Positions 22,661-37,300 are shown, numbered from the stretch's first letter. The stretch: 64,000 nucleotides of DNA from Azolla caroliniana (GCA_043228905.1 JBHGNT010000012.1:1240001-1304000); one strand, 5' to 3'. The notes: generated from the letters alone by a model not told the origin. Numbers and translations are program-made.

Positions 22661-24754
22661 AGTCAACATATTTGCATGCATATTTTCTTGCTTTCATAAT
22701 TGAGGGTAATTAATCTCTTTACCAGGAATTCGACTAATAAAGTTTCCAAGCATATGTGTATATACATTTTTTGACATCGTTGCTCAACGTTGACAAAGAG
22801 TGTTCAAGATAGGCAATGCAACACCTTATGCTTGTCACATGATACATGATATAAAACCTATTAACTCTTTATCTCCTGTAAATGGATCTTTTAATCAATG
22901 TATGGTATTCATAGGTGTTCTAAAATGATATCATTCACTTCAATCGTCTCCACCTTGGATAAGACCCAAGGAGCATGAGGCAAGTTTCCATCCTGATCAA
23001 GTCATAAATGTTGCATCGTATTCATAGTTTGAAAGTCTTTACATGCAGTTATGTTCTCATATTTACACTGAAATATGAATGGGATCAAGATGATGATGAA
23101 TAAATTATTGTATTTCTAGATGGGCATATTTGTGCATTGATCATACAAGACCATTCTACTCAACATGTAAATTAACAAATAATGTTTAATGTGCATCAAC
23201 TACCATTGATGATTGATCATTGAACGCAATGACAACAAAGAAATAAATGTGTTGCCACTAGTGAATACTCTTTAAAATATGTTGTGAAATAGTGAGTGGA
23301 TCCAATGTTTGAGGAAAAAGGTGCATATTGTTAATGAAACAAGCAACAAGTGACTTCTTAACCATGACCAATGGAGACAATGGTCAAGTTGTTAATGCAA
23401 TGGATAGGCTGACTAGTTAATGTAGTAGACGGGTTAATCTATCATGTTTATCAACCTGATGTATTGTTGGAACCTAGAATGCTAACGTTAGTTCTTCATT
23501 AGAAAACCATTACGAAGCTCATTAACATAGAACTTACCTTATATCAATTTTTTGTTGTAATCATGCATCAACACTATGCTAATAATACAACGTGTCTTCT
23601 CCATATTTGTGAATTGTGCACATGTTATGTTTTTATCAATCAATAGTTAAACATGTGCCTCTTCTAGTGGGTTCTCTTATAAGTTTGTAACCGACACAAA
23701 ATTGATAGAAATTGTACTTGAAGTTGAGAGGCTATCACATGTACTATAGTCTATAATTTACCTCAGTGTCCTTTCCTAAGGTTACATGAAATAGGTAACA
23801 CTTCACTTATACTTGTTTATTGTGTGGGGCCTTAACAACCCTATCTAAATAGATGTTGTATCTTGAGAAGCTCAAATGTGGAGGGAGTTTCCAACCAAGA
23901 TTCATATCGAGTTATCCTAAGACTAGATTGTTTTCACATTAAAGTGAATTTGGACACCATGGTTCTAGAGTCAATATCCTGAAAGTTGCCAATAACTAGA
24001 AAATCTTAGAAGTAATTTGAATATAAATACTCAATGCGACTCCTTGAAGAACATGAACTTAGGAAGAGTGGGTTGGTCAAAGAATACATGGTTGCATAAT
24101 GTCCATATTGTTCACAATCCCTAAAATATGACCTAATTAGTAAATTGTTTTAACTCTAAAATAACTTTGGAACTATTCCCAAATTGAATTCATTTGAATC
24201 GATTGTGAAGGTGGTTCAATAACATGTAATAGAAACAATTTTTAACACCTGGAAAACAATAGTGAACGTCTAATCGTCCCAAAGAATTGTGATGTATTTT
24301 GCATGTTATATAGAGGACATAAAACACCCAAAAAATATCTTCTCCAAGAGGTATGGTAATATAGTGCTAGTTATTACCTTTCTACCTAAACTATAATAGG
24401 ACAGGCACTAAAGAGTGTTGTACTAGCGGTGTGGTGCTAAAAAAAGGAAGGGTAGTGAGCACTCACTTCACATACGTGAATCTACAAATGATACAAATGA
24501 AAGTTAAGTGGTAACTGTAAATAATAATAACCTTGAAGGGGTTGCTACCTTCGTCCGACAACATTAAGAATTCATAATTGTATTCTATTGGGTATCTTCT
24601 ACACTTATATACTTTTACTATTGTAGCACTACTAGATACATAACTAAGTTACCTTGGGCATAGTTTCACAAGAATAACAAATGTGGGACATGTTCATGAA
24701 ACCCTTGGTTTTGCTATTATCCACCTATACTCTTATTGAATGATCCTTGGTGGC

Positions 24755-25858
24755 TTAGTGACCACTATCACTAGAGAGGCAAGAGAGGATGAATTGGGCG
24801 AGGTGTGTGCGGAATTGGGTAGTGAGGCGTAACTGCGGGAAGAAGTGGAAGCAGTGGATCCCACCCCGATACAACTGGACATGGACGGTTTGCCCGGCCC
24901 GGCGCCGTCCTTCCACGAACCTAACTTGATGCTCTTTGAGGCAATCGTATTCGCCCACGGTGACAAACAAAGGGGGTAGATCACTAGAAGACCCGTGTTT
25001 GGTCGGGGCCGGGGGAGACATGTTACCGGTGCCGGGCCCGGGCCCGGGGTTTGAGGCGGGGTGGTCCCGGCCAGAGCCCTCGGGTAAAAAATCCCGCCAC
25101 GCCGCGTCACACATGTGATAATTCAACATGACTGCGCCCGTCCCAAGCCGAAGTTCGGCCTGCGTCCTCTCCTCGCTCCCGAAGAAAGGGAAGAGCGCGA
25201 TGACCCCCTTCACCGTGAGGGATCCCAGGAAGGCTCCCGAGGCCACACGGGATGCCACGTGGTGGGCAATGTTCCCGCCCGCGCTCTCGCCCACGAGGAA
25301 GCACTTGGAGAGGTCAGCACCATGCAAGGGGCTGCTGCTCTTAGGCATGTCAAGGCTCTTCTCGGATGGATGATCTAGGATGGATGCCGCCCATCCAAGC
25401 GCGGCGAAGCAATCGTCATAGGCGGCCGGGTATCGGAACTCGGGGGTCTTCCGGTAATCCACCGAGACCACGACGGCCGAGAATTCGCGCGCCAAGTATC
25501 GGCCGAACATGTCCGACAAGATGGAGCTCGCGGAGAACAGTGTGAAACCACCCCCATGGAAGTAGAACACTAGGGGCGCGCCCATTGTGTCCATGCGATT
25601 CGGCTTAAACACTCGGACCCAAATCCCCGTCTCCCGATCGATGACCACATCTTGTGCCGAAATGCCGTCTCTCTCTTTCGGTCCGACTCGCCGATCGATG
25701 AGCCTTTGCATGGTCCGATGTGGATACCCGTCTTTTCTTATGGTGAGCCATGAATTGAACCTAAGAAGGAGCTTCAACCATAGAGGCAGCTCCATTGGCC
25801 ATTTCTCTTCACTGCAAAACTTGGTCATGTTTAACTCATCACTTGGTATGTCCTCCAT
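24755..25858 (-). CDS. Carboxylesterase (plant CXE, HSL-family alpha/beta hydrolase), intronless and intact
   Basis: FHGGGF, VSVDYR..PE.RYPAAYDD, GESAGG (Ser), YDCL (Asp), GIHCF (His). The complete triad indicates CXE rather than GID1. Start could be M1, M11 or M22. Confidence 0.92.
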   Translation of the reverse strand: MEDIPSDELNMTKFCSEEKWPMELPLWLKLLLRFNSWLTIRKDGYPHRTMQRLIDRRVGPKERDGISAQDVVIDRETGIWVRVFKPNRMDTMGAPLVFYFHGGGFTLFSASSILSDMFGRYLAREFSAVVVSVDYRKTPEFRYPAAYDDCFAALGWAASILDHPSEKSLDMPKSSSPLHGADLSKCFLVGESAGGNIAHHVASRVASGAFLGSLTVKGVIALFPFFGSEERTQAELRLGTGAVMLNYHMCDAAWRDFLPEGSGRDHPASNPGPGPGTGNMSPPAPTKHGSSSDLPPLFVTVGEYDCLKEHQVRFVEGRRRAGQTVHVQLYRGGIHCFHFFPQLRLTTQFRTHLAQFILSCLSSDSGH

Positions 25859-28386
25859 CTCTACTTACTTCCCTGAAACAAGCTCCTCCTGCATCTCTTT
25901 CTTACCCTTCTCTTTCTCTCTCTGCCTGTGCTCTATAATTAGAGTGAGATTGGATATATATGGAATATTGTGTGAAAATCTCACCCACGGGTTTTTAGCC
26001 ATGGGACTTTAGGCCCAACAACCTTGAGCCCAAAATCTGGCCCCACTCTTGCGTTCACATATGGACCTCCGGCAAAATTGTTAATGAGTGGGCCTGTCAT
26101 ATTCCATGAGATTTAATGTCATGCATTCATCACTTCATGAGCGTTAAACCTATGCTTGTGTGTTGTTAATGTAGCATGGTCTTGAGAGAATAGAAGTTCA
26201 ACTAGGTATAGTGAAAGGAAGACAATTGAAAGAATAAACTAATGTTGGTTTTACGCGACACACGCTCTTTGTTGGTGAATTCTGATGACTCTAATAAGCT
26301 CACCCGTCAAAGCATTGGGAATACTCTGATGCTTTCAATGACATATATTGTCATACAATTATCGATATATATATGAGATCTCTAATACATATAGTTTATG
26401 AACACCTAGAGTCTAAGTTACAATCGTGGGTTGATGTAGTGGTACCATGCACAACTCTTAATCATTTGATGGTACATGTTCATACCAATGCATTAGGTGT
26501 CCCTCTAATGGGCATTGAATCGATACATGCCAATAAGCTAAGAAGTGTAGAGAACGAGAGTTGTTGAAGCTAGCGTATTGGAAGATAAAACGGCGGAAAT
26601 AACTATGAGCAATTACGATGTATCGTGTTACTCAATTGGCCATCATCTTAGACACTAGAGAAAACTACCAACATCTAATCCTTCAAGAGCAACAAATGCC
26701 CTAGGGTCTTCATTATTAACTTCAATGACACTATCTCTCAACAATATCATTTAGGAGTGAATTACAAATTGTATTTCGTTGTCATGTTAGACTTGAATAC
26801 CGAACTGTTTCATGTCTTTGTTCAAAGTTTAATGTATGGTTGTCACTGAGGTAGGTAGAGGAACCACTTTACCTTGTCATGGGATTTGAATGTGCCCCAT
26901 CTATTTGAGCCAACTAGTTTCGTTTGTTGTTCAATCTATTAGTGTGTTCTTTCAATGAAGCCAAAAACAAGAAAACATAAAATAATGCATTCACTTGATT
27001 ATCACATTTTTCCATCTACATTGGCATTTTGTAAGAACGCTCCCAAGAGACTTGTTATAAAGTCTATTGATATTTATTTGAAAATGAAATGAAAGGTAAG
27101 TACTACCACTTGTATGTACTAGTTTAAGTTTGTGAGGCCATTAAAAAAAAAAAAAAAAACTATACCACATATGGTGGCTCACCAAAAACAGGTCTTCAAC
27201 CAATTAAAATAGTTATTAATCAAGATCTTATTTGTTAATTTTGAATATGAACAAGTTTTGATGTCTATCAATTTTATGAAGAGAAAACGGATGTCATTTT
27301 TCTTATTTAATGCTTAACTATATGAGAAACATTATTCCTCCAAAATTTGGGTGAACCATGCCATTTATCAAGTAAGATTAAGAAGATCATTGTTGCTCCA
27401 AACGATTGGTGTTCAAGAAATAGCTTAACAAGTCTCTAAAACACTAGTTGAATAATTGAACTTTGCATAGTAAGAAAACAAAAAAACAATATATGATCTC
27501 GATTCTCTCCAAAACTAATATAAATTTTCTCTATTTTCTCCATGCATGGAAAGGAAACATGGCCAATTATACTTTTCTCAAACATATTATCATTTACACA
27601 AGTTTTTCATTTCGCTTTCCTACTTTGCTGGTCAAAATAATACATATATTCTTGAATGTGTAAGTTTTTAAATAAGCAACATACGAATTTTATAATAGAT
27701 AACCATTTTCGCACTTGATCCAATATTGTACATGGACCACAATATAGTATGAGTGTTCTTTACATACGCATCACACGTATTATGACAATTAATGCTTTAT
27801 GTTTACTTTGGACATATAAAATGTGACATGTTCACATGCTTACTAGTTATCTAATAATGCCCATTAATTTTTTATATATGGTTCAAATATTGAAATTTGA
27901 AATGACTACAATGGAGGTCCTCATTCTACAATGAAGATCCTCGTGTTAGCATATAAAACAAACATGCGTACTATTAATTTCAAATATAGTATGCCATGCG
28001 TAAGACTACAACACGACATGCATAATAAAGCACTTGAATTTTCAAAATCACTCAAAAGGATATTGTGTGTGAGAATGTGCATTGTGCTCATGAGATATGG
28101 TTCACGTAGCTCCCAACACTATAAACATGACTATAATATCTCTGCCAAAGTTAACCAATGAGTGAGTGAGCGAGTGTGTGTCACTTCTACGTGGACTACA
28201 TCGAGCACACATCTTTCTCTTAGTTGGACTTTTATCTCTTTATGTTGGGATAAAGATAATTTTTTACCCTTTCATTGGTAAAATAGGCAAGAGTGGTCGC
28301 TAAGAACTTTTGAGCTATTAACACTAATGTCATGGCCTAAGCTCCTCTTCCTTTTCTCTCTTAAATAGTTATTACAACTAAGAATC

Positions 28387-28504
28387 TAATTAGTGCCACA
28401 ATGTGGCTTAATCATTCAATTTATTAGTTGTGTCGTTACACATGCACAAATGAGAAAAATTCAGATGGTTTATCTTAGATTAAGGCACATTGTGGCATTA
28501 ATTA
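28387..28504. repeat. 27-bp inverted repeat, small MITE-like hairpin
   Basis: TAATTAGTGCCACAATGTGGCTTAATC versus the reverse complement of 28478-28504, 25/27 match. Confidence 0.65.
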
Positions 28505-28565
28505 AGTACAAGTAGATTATTGTAAGGCCTTGTGGTAAATAATTTAATACTAATCTTATGAAAAA

Positions 28566-28568
<3 letters not shown>

Positions 28569-28612
<44 letters not shown>
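28569..28612. repeat. (GA)n microsatellite
   Basis: Pure GA run. Others at 14972-15052 and in LTRs; (TA)n at about 11490-11527. Confidence 0.95.
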
Positions 28613-28616
<4 letters not shown>

Positions 28617-29067
28617 AGCTCTAGCCTGAGTCTTAAGAATAATGAAGAAGACTAAAAAGGCATAAAAATGACCTTTATAGTCTTGTATAATAATTTGGTC
28701 TTTTCACACTAGTGTGGCCACAAGGCTTTATACTCGAATAACATTTCCTATTGTGGCTTCTTCTCTTGCAACAAGACTGGTATCATTCGTACCAATACTG
28801 ATATCCTTATTGCATCATAAAACATATGATAGACCTACTAAACATTCCCCAAACTTAATGAATGCACACTCTTGGGTGTATGCACTACATTACTAGATGA
28901 GCCCTAGTCCGTCAAGTCAAGGAGGCGTAAAGAGGAAAGATTAGTGTTAGGTGAGAGGCAGATGTCATTGGGGCTGGAGATAGTGCAAAAGGTATGGTTG
29001 GTGAGAAAGGAGACAATGCGATGAGAACCATTGCCTATATTCAAAAGACACATATGATAGATCAACC

Positions 29068-29170
29068 ATCTATCTCATCCTCTATGTGGATGATATACTA
29101 TTTATCGATCTTCGACAAATCAATTGTCTATCTAATACTCTATGTGGATGATATGTTGCTTACCGATCTA
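29068..29170 (+). pseudogene. Old Ty1/copia RT fragment, locally duplicated
   Basis: YLILYVDD occurs twice. Confidence 0.55.
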
Positions 29171-31267
29171 TGTTGGTGAATTTATGAATCTTTGACAACA
29201 ACTGCACTTGAATTTTTCCATGGACTTAAGGTAATTTGCGACATATTCTCCAAATGACTCGATAGAAACTAAAGAGTCAAAGGTAGACGACGTTAATGAC
29301 GATGCGAACAACAATTGAAATGAGGAGTTAACCCCATGGTTAACGGTATAACACACAAGTCTAACACGTGATTAATGACAAACCACCAAGTTTAAATGCC
29401 CAAATCACAAAATTAGTCAAAATGAGTTTTGTTTTACAAATGTTGAGTCGGCATCACAATTAGTGCAATGAATGTGGTGGCTTTTACAAGGCAAATAGTA
29501 AACAAAAATCGGAAATGGGAGATGATGGTTGGGACTCGAAGCTTCCGATGAGGGGGAGTTGAGTGGACTGACGCGAAATATGCGGAATATTACTCGGCCA
29601 CAACCGAGTCTCAGATCGTGTCATTTAGAATCGAACACAGAAAATGGGAATGGAGGAGAAATACACGTACACACAGACAACAAGAAACAAGAGAGAGTGC
29701 ACAGGATGTTTGCGTGGAAAACCCTAAATGGGAAAAACCACGGGAGTCCACAAACTCCAAGCTATCACTATGTCAAAGAGGAATACAACAAGGGAACACA
29801 AACGCAACAACCTCATGCTCACAATCTTCGCCTAGCGGCGGTTAGAACAAAGACACACTCTGTCTCTCTCTCTACTACACTATGTACATCAGTTACACCA
29901 ATAACTCTATACAAAATGACAACACAATAATCTACAACTACACGACTCCTGTTTGCTCTAGGTCATATTTATACTAATATGACTTTCAGGCTATTTATAG
30001 ATATAGCCCCAATGGGGTAACAGAAACATATTTACATCTATGTCCCTTCATCCGGTGAGAGGTTCTCACTGGGCTTGTGTCATCTGGTTCTCATCGGGTC
30101 TTCCTTGCCGGGTACTCATCATCCGGTTCTCACGGGGCCTTCATCATCCCATCCGGAGGGATCCTAACAAATTCCCCCTTCACTCCGGCATGGGATGTCT
30201 GGTTAATCCAATTCGCTTTCAGCATGCGTCCAGCTTGTTAGGGGTCAGCACCTTGGTCAACATATCTGACCCATTCTCCTCCATGTGGATCTTCGTCAAC
30301 ACGAACTCTTGATCTTCCACTCGCTCCCGGATCCAGTGGTACCTCCGCCAGATGTGCTTCATCTTGGAATGATACGCCGCATTCTTCGCAAGGTGGATGG
30401 CACTTTGATTGTCGCAATAGAGCTGGTATTCCTCTTGCCGGATCCCTAGCTCTTCGATGAAGTCCTTCATCCATAGTATTTCCTTGCCGGCTTCCACAAC
30501 TGCCATGTACTCCGCTTCCGTGGTTGATAATACAACCGTCTTCTACAACCTTGACTGCCATGAAACAGCTCCCCCTGCATATGTCATAACATATCCCGAT
30601 GTTGACCGGCTGGTATCCGCATCAACCGACATATCCAAATTGGTGAAACCGTTGTCGTGAAGAAAACTGGCCCTAAGGGGAATCAAGGAATTAAAGGTGT
30701 GAACCTACCCTTGCACGAGTGTGTGCGAATTGATACATTGTACGTAACTAGGAATAGGACGATTGATGTAAATAAACTAGGTATGGCATGTTTATTAGCT
30801 AGGAAATTGATGTGTATCTCTGTCCGAAGGGACAAAGAATAAAGTTGATGTGTTTTGATGTAACAGGCTCCTCGATGACCTATAAAAGGGAGGGGAGAAG
30901 AAGAAGAAAAGGGTTTTTTTTTTTTTTTTGAGAGAAGGAAGTGCTGTTGGACTGGAAACCGAGCTCTCTCCTCCACCACGGTTGTTGCAGGGATTTGGGT
31001 TAGGTTGGTTGCCTCTATTGCGCGAAAGCCCGCGTGCTTTCGGTAGAGGCTCCACCACGTATTTCAGTGTGTGTTGAGTCTGTCACTGGCTTGCCGGTTG
31101 TAACATTGCAAGTAGTAATCTATATTGTTATTGGAATCAATTCTTTCTTTCTTGTCTGTCTGTGCTCCTGCAAATCTCTCTTCCTCTTATCTCTCACGCT
31201 CCTCGGTTCAGGGCCCCCGTGGTCCCGCCTTATTTCCACATGCATGCGCGTAATAACGCGACATATT

Positions 31268-31284
31268 TGGTGAACCCGACGTGA
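31268..31284 (+). promoter_or_regulatory. Primer-binding site complementary to the tRNA-Trp(CCA) 3' end; also at 47083-47100 and 58567-58583
   Basis: TGGTGAACCCGACGTGA is the reverse complement of UCACGUCGGGUUCACCA. Confidence 0.8.
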
Positions 31285-31307
31285 AATAGGTGGTAGAGGA
31301 GTCGAAG

Positions 31308-34300
31308 ATGAGGGGATTGGAGCTCGCCGAAGCCATGGCGGCAGCGGTTGATAGGATAGTAAGTGCTCGCGAGGGCACGAGCGCCCTCGACAGGGCCATT
31401 GAAGCAATTGTCGGCATGATAGGCCGATTCGGTGGGAAGGACGCCACGAGCTATTTGGTGGCCTACCGAACCGACATGGTGATGAGGGACATTCCGGAGG
31501 ATAAGTATCTGGACAGGTTCCCTCGGGTGGCGACACCGGGCATCCACGCAGAGGTGCTCAAGGTACGAGTTGGATGTCGGACCTGGGGAGAATTCGAAGC
31601 ACGACTCCTCAAAAGGTATGGGCTTGATGACGCGCTTCGGCTATCGAAGCGGGACTTCATGGAGTGGGTGGAAACCCCCGGAAAAGGGAGGAATGCGTCG
31701 GCGCTCCTCCGAGAGTTCGAAGAATGCTTCGCACGGCTCTCGACGCTGGACAGGACCGTGCTGGACACGAGCCGTGTCTTGTTGTTCGTCAAATCGGTGG
31801 ACGTGCGGGATAGGGGCCAGGTGGGTCTCTTGCTGGAGACTGATGATGGGCTGACGACCGATTGGGCCATGGTCAAGGGGGTCTGCAGCCACTTCGACAA
31901 ACGGCGAGAGTGGGGCGACGAGAAGTCGTCGGTGACGGGACCCACCCCGGCTAGGAAGTTCGACGAGCCTTCACCGGCACGAAGGGAGGAAACCCGGGAT
32001 TGGCTTGACACTGGCTCCGCATCGACCGGAGCGGTCAAGGGCCCATCGGGGGGAGCGGCTCTTGAGGAGCTGACACAAATGTGTTAGGAGATAGGTCCCT
32101 CCGGATGGGAAGGGAGAAGAACAGTGCTGATGAACAAACTCGGCCGAGGCCGAAACCGGATGACGAGTACCCGGTCACGGAGAGCCGGATGGTGCAGACC
32201 CGGTGAGAACTGGATGAGGAGTACCCGGCTTCGGAGAGCCGGATGGTGCAGACCCAGTGAGAACCAGATGGTGTAGACCCGGTGAGAACCGGATGAGCAG
32301 TACCCGGCTACGGAGAGCCGGATGGTGCAGACCCGGTGAGGAGTGCTCACCGGATGAAGAGACATATTCGTAAATATGCTTTTGAGAGTCCATCATGGCT
32401 ATATTTATAAATAGCCGAAAAGTCATATTAGTATAAATATGACTTAGGGAAAACTTTTAGATGTTGTTATTCTTGTTGGTGCAAGAAGAGAGAGAGTGTG
32501 TAACCGTGTACAGAGAGAGAGAGAGAGAGAAAGAGGTCGTTGCCTCTGTTGAAACCGCCGCCTGTGGCGAAGATCGTGAGCACGAGGTCGTTGCCTCCGT
32601 GAACTCACTGTTGTACATTCTAACATAGTGATAGTTTGTAGCCTGTGGGCTACCGTGGTTTTTTCCCTAGTTTGGGGTTTTCCATGTAAACATCCCGTGT
32701 ACTCTTCTCTTCTTTGTGTCGTGCATTTATCTCCCGGTTTCTGTGTATGATTCTAAGCTCGGTTGTGGCTGAGCGTTGCGTATACGAAGCGTTCAGTTCT
32801 TGTCAAAATGGTGCGCGACCTGCAGATTGCGCAGGCCTAAAGAGACAGTGGAGGGCAACCACGCGACCGAAGGCCGCCGGCTGGACAACAGTGTATGTGG
32901 TGCGACGCGGTCAGACACAACTAATGAGACTACGTGGAGTTTGCCGAAGCCCTCAGGAGTAATGTGGTGTACCTATGGAACAGATGGGTGCACGCTGGTG
33001 ATACTCGGAGAGAGGTGGAGACTAATTTCGGGCGTGGTGGGATGAAGCGGCTAATGGAAGAAGCGGAGGCGCGCCATGTGGAGGCCGTCCATTATTCATC
33101 ATCGGTTGGGATCCGGGTGGGAGGTGACGAAGGCTGGGAAACGAGGGACTTTGTCTTTTGGCCCTTGGTGCTAGAAGGCCTCTCCGGCGCATGACTGAAG
33201 AGGGAGGAAGCGAGTCGCGCAAAGCAGCGGGTCAGGGAGGTCATTGGATGGGACAATCCGGTTGAAGAGAAGACCGGTCTCGTGGAAGCTGCATGCCAGA
33301 ACTACGAGGTTCTAGTAGAAGACAAGCGCGCGGAAAAGGCCGGAGGTGCCAGGCCCTCACAACGGTACAAGACCCGGTTTAGGCAGAAACAAAACGATGC
33401 CGGTAACCTCGGTGCATCGGACAAAACGAAGCGGGCCGGTTACCGGCTGAGCATGGAGATTGAGAGGTCAACGGACCTGCGGAAGGTCCTCGAGGAACGG
33501 ATCCTCAACAGCAAGGTGGAGCTGTTGCTGAGGGAGGTTCTCGGGATCTCCAAGAAGGAGTTCCACGATTCCATCGTGGACTTGGTGAAGCGGAAACGGC
33601 TCTCGACAGAGTCGGAAGCAGAGAAGCCGGTGGAGGTGCGAACCACGCACTTGGAAGGCATGGCCTTGTAAGACGAGTTGGCGGGAAGACATTATTCAAA
33701 GACGCATTGGGCCAGGGCCACTACGGAGACCCCTTTTCGGATCAGAGACGTCTAGGAGCCTGTGGTGGCATTCATAGACCATGGCTTGGAGATAAACCTG
33801 ATGTCCATGGACTTCTATAGGAAGGGAAGGTGGCCGATCAACACCAAGCACGGTTGGAAAATACGCGCGGTGACCCGCGCTACGGAGGAGCTGCAAGGGG
33901 CATGCCCGAATGTACGCGTCAAGATCGGCGACGTCGAGATCGATCAACACTTTTTCGTGCAGGAGATGTCCTCGCACCTGGTGATACTCGGCGAGCCGTA
34001 TATTTCGGCGGCGCGTATGGAGACAATGGTGCTGGATAATGGTTCGGCATACGTGCGCGTGAAGAGCCAAGATGGACGACACTCCGTCCAATTCCTGACC
34101 GTGCGACCGAACCATGAGAGGAACCGCGAAACCCTCGGCAACGGCGAACGAGGGGATTTTAGAGAGGGCTATCAAGGTGTGGGGCCACGATAGTCTGGAC
34201 ACCCCAAAAGAACCCCACACATGTACCATAGATAGAAAATTTTGGTTCTCCGATAACGGAGGTTGTACTATAGCTGGCATCAATGGCCGGGAGAAGAAAG

Positions 34301-37300
34301 ACTCAGGGTGTATGGAGTCCTCGGCCCTGGCGAAGAGATTAGCAGTGCCAAGGAGGCGGTCTCCTACGATGACACCTTGGGGGAATTACGCAAGGTTGTC
34401 GAAGGAGGCCTTAGTGAAGACTGGGCAGTTCCGGTTAGTTCAGTGGAGATGTACGAAGTCATTGCTGACTTTGGGGAAAGGGTCGGGTCCGATTAGATGG
34501 CCCGTGTGGATACCAGGTACAAGACTGTGGACCGGAAGGTGAGGTCATTCGCGGCACCCTTGCCGGAGGGCAGCGAAGAGCGGATAAAGGGGGTCGCGTC
34601 AGAACCAAGTTTACGACGACCGGTCGACATAGGGCACCGATTCACCGACGTAACACTACGGGAGCTCAAGGTCGATGGGGGTGGGTTTCTACTGCCGGCG
34701 GAGGAGGACCGGTTTCGGAGGATGCTCGGAAGGATGGGAAAACCTTCGCATTCTCGCCGAAGGAGATCTTGTGCGTAGACCCGACGATCGTGGGGCGGAT
34801 GGTGATATTCACGGTGTCGCATGTGCCGTGGAATCTCAAGCTGATTCCGCTACCCAGAGCTCACATCCCAAAATTGATGGAGCTACTGAAGTAGAAAGTG
34901 GAGATGGGCATCCTCGAACCGTCGAGCGCCCCATATTCGAATCGGTGGTTTACCGTGCCAAAGAAGAACGGTACGTTGCGCTTCATTCAGGACCTACAAC
35001 CGGTCAACATGGTGACCATTCGTAATGTAGGTATTGGACCGACGATAGATGAGTTCGCGGAAGCCTTCGCCGGAAGGTCAATCTATTCAGTCGGTGATCT
35101 GTACTCGCGGTACGATTAGTTCCAACTAGCCGTGGAGAGCAGGGATATCACGACAATGCGGACCCCTCTCAGCTTAGTGCGGATGTGTACCCTGCCGCAA
35201 GGAGGGACAAACTCGGTGGCGCACATGGTGAATACGATGAACAAGGTGCTGAGGGACTGCATCCCGGACATCACCATGCCATTCCTGAACAACATCCCGA
35301 TCAAAGGATGTCCGGTGGAGGATAAGGACGAGGCGGTTGGGCCGGACGGATGCCGGAGGTTCGTTGCGGACCACATTAATGATTGCGAGGAGGTACTGCA
35401 AAGGCTGGAGGATGCGCGACTCACCTTCTCCGGAGAGAAATCAACGTTCGGCCAATCAGAGATCCTAGTGGTCGGTCACCTGTGTGGGCCCTATGGCCGG
35501 AAATCGTCTCCTGCAAAGATAGAAGCCATCTCTGTAATGAATGAAGAGTGCAAGTCGGTTACGGAGGTGCGGAGGTTCCTAGGCACGTGCGCGTTCTACC
35601 ACATCTGGATTCCACACTATGCACACGTCGTGGAACTGCTCTACGGGTTGCTGAAGAAGGGGCACAAATTTGAATGGGGCAAGGAGCATACGGAGTCGGT
35701 CCGGAGACTGAAGGAGGCGCTTACCGCAACACTAGCTCTCAGGAAAGCGGTCTACGGCAAGGAGGTCCCCATCTATGTAACCATTGACACAAGCCCGACC
35801 AGAATTAGATGGGTAATCAATCAAGAGGGTGAGAGCGGTGCGCGGTTCCCGATCTGGTTCGGGGCGAAGGTTCTCAGTGAGCAACATCGAGGATACACTC
35901 AAGTTAAGCGTGAACTATGGGGTATTGTTTCGGCGGTTAAGGCCGACAAAGATTATCTTATAGGGACGGAGGTAATAATCGAGATGGACTACCTACCGAT
36001 TCAGGGTATGATTTCCGGATGCGCAACTCCGGACCTGGCAATGCTCAGGTGGATCGCATACATCAAGTTCCTAAATCCGGAGATATGGCACATCTCCAGG
36101 AAGGACAACGCCATGGCCGACCTGCTTTCAAGAGCACGGTTCGACGACGAGGACAACATGGTTTTGAAGGATGAGGAAGTCAACATAGACTTCTTCGAGT
36201 CGGCATACATAACGAGGGAGAGGAACCCTTCGACGCTTAGCGAATTTCACGAAGGCGAGTACAACGGGGAGTGGCTCCAGATCGGTAGGTTCCTGAAGAC
36301 AATGACACCAGACGCAATGTGGACAAAGGAAGAGGCTAACCGGATCCGAAAGAAAGCTTACCGGTTCTTCTACGGTACGGGAACATATGGAGGCTCCCAA
36401 AGAAGTGAAGCGGCGTTCCACTCCGCGTAGTGGTGAGAAAGGACGAGCAGGACAAGTTGTTAACGACGTACCACGAGAGTCTTTGGGCTGGACACCGCGG
36501 GACATGGGCCATGTTCAAGAAGCTGAAGGAGAAGTACTGGTGGCCGGGACTATACCGAGATGTGCATCGGTTCGTAACGACTTGCGAAAGCTGTCAGATG
36601 CATTCCATAATCCGACATAGGGACGAGCTGCATCCGACTTACCCGCCAACCATCCACTTCAAGTGGATGGTGGATCTAGTGACGATACCAATGGGGGTAG
36701 GAGGACAGATGCGGTATTTGGTGCTGGTGCGAGAAGACTTGACGAACCAAGTGGAGGGCCGCGCACTGCAGAATAAGATGATTGCGACGGTGTTTCGATT
36801 CCTGATTGAGGAGGTGGTGTGCCGGTACGGGTGCGTAGGGAAGATCGTGGCAGATCGAGGGGAGCTGGACGCGCAGGAAGCCGAAGAGCTGTTCGACCGG
36901 CTAGGGGTCAAGCTGTCCCTCACTACGGCATAAACACGGAGGCAAATGGGATGGTGGAACGTGGGCACAGGCCAATCGTAAAGGCACTAGTACAAGCATG
37001 TGAAGGACGGGTTGGGGATTGGCTGCGGCTCCTCCCTTACGCGTTGTGGGCGGACCGGACTATGCACAATTCGGTAACCGAGTTCATGCCAGCAGAGTTG
37101 ATGTACGGGCAAAAGCCGGTCATGTCGGTAGAACGAATGATCCCCTCATGGGCGGTGATAGATTGGAGGGGTGAGATGAGACGGGAAGAGCTATTGGCAT
37201 TGCGGATTCGGCAGCTCGAGCGAAGACCGGGGGACGTGGAATGGGCAAAGGCGAAGCTGCGTGCGGCAAGGGAAAGGAACAAAGACAGGTTTGACCGAAC

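Noticed and set aside
24628-24637. CACTACTAGA as the left TIR of a CACTA element capturing the CXE gene
   Set aside because: No matching right TIR or 3-bp TSD found downstream.
24755-25858. Gibberellin receptor GID1
   Set aside because: The catalytic His is retained and the N-terminal GID1 motifs are not recognisable.
26000-28380. Short ORFs upstream of the CXE gene
   Set aside because: AT-rich and low complexity; no motifs I can support.
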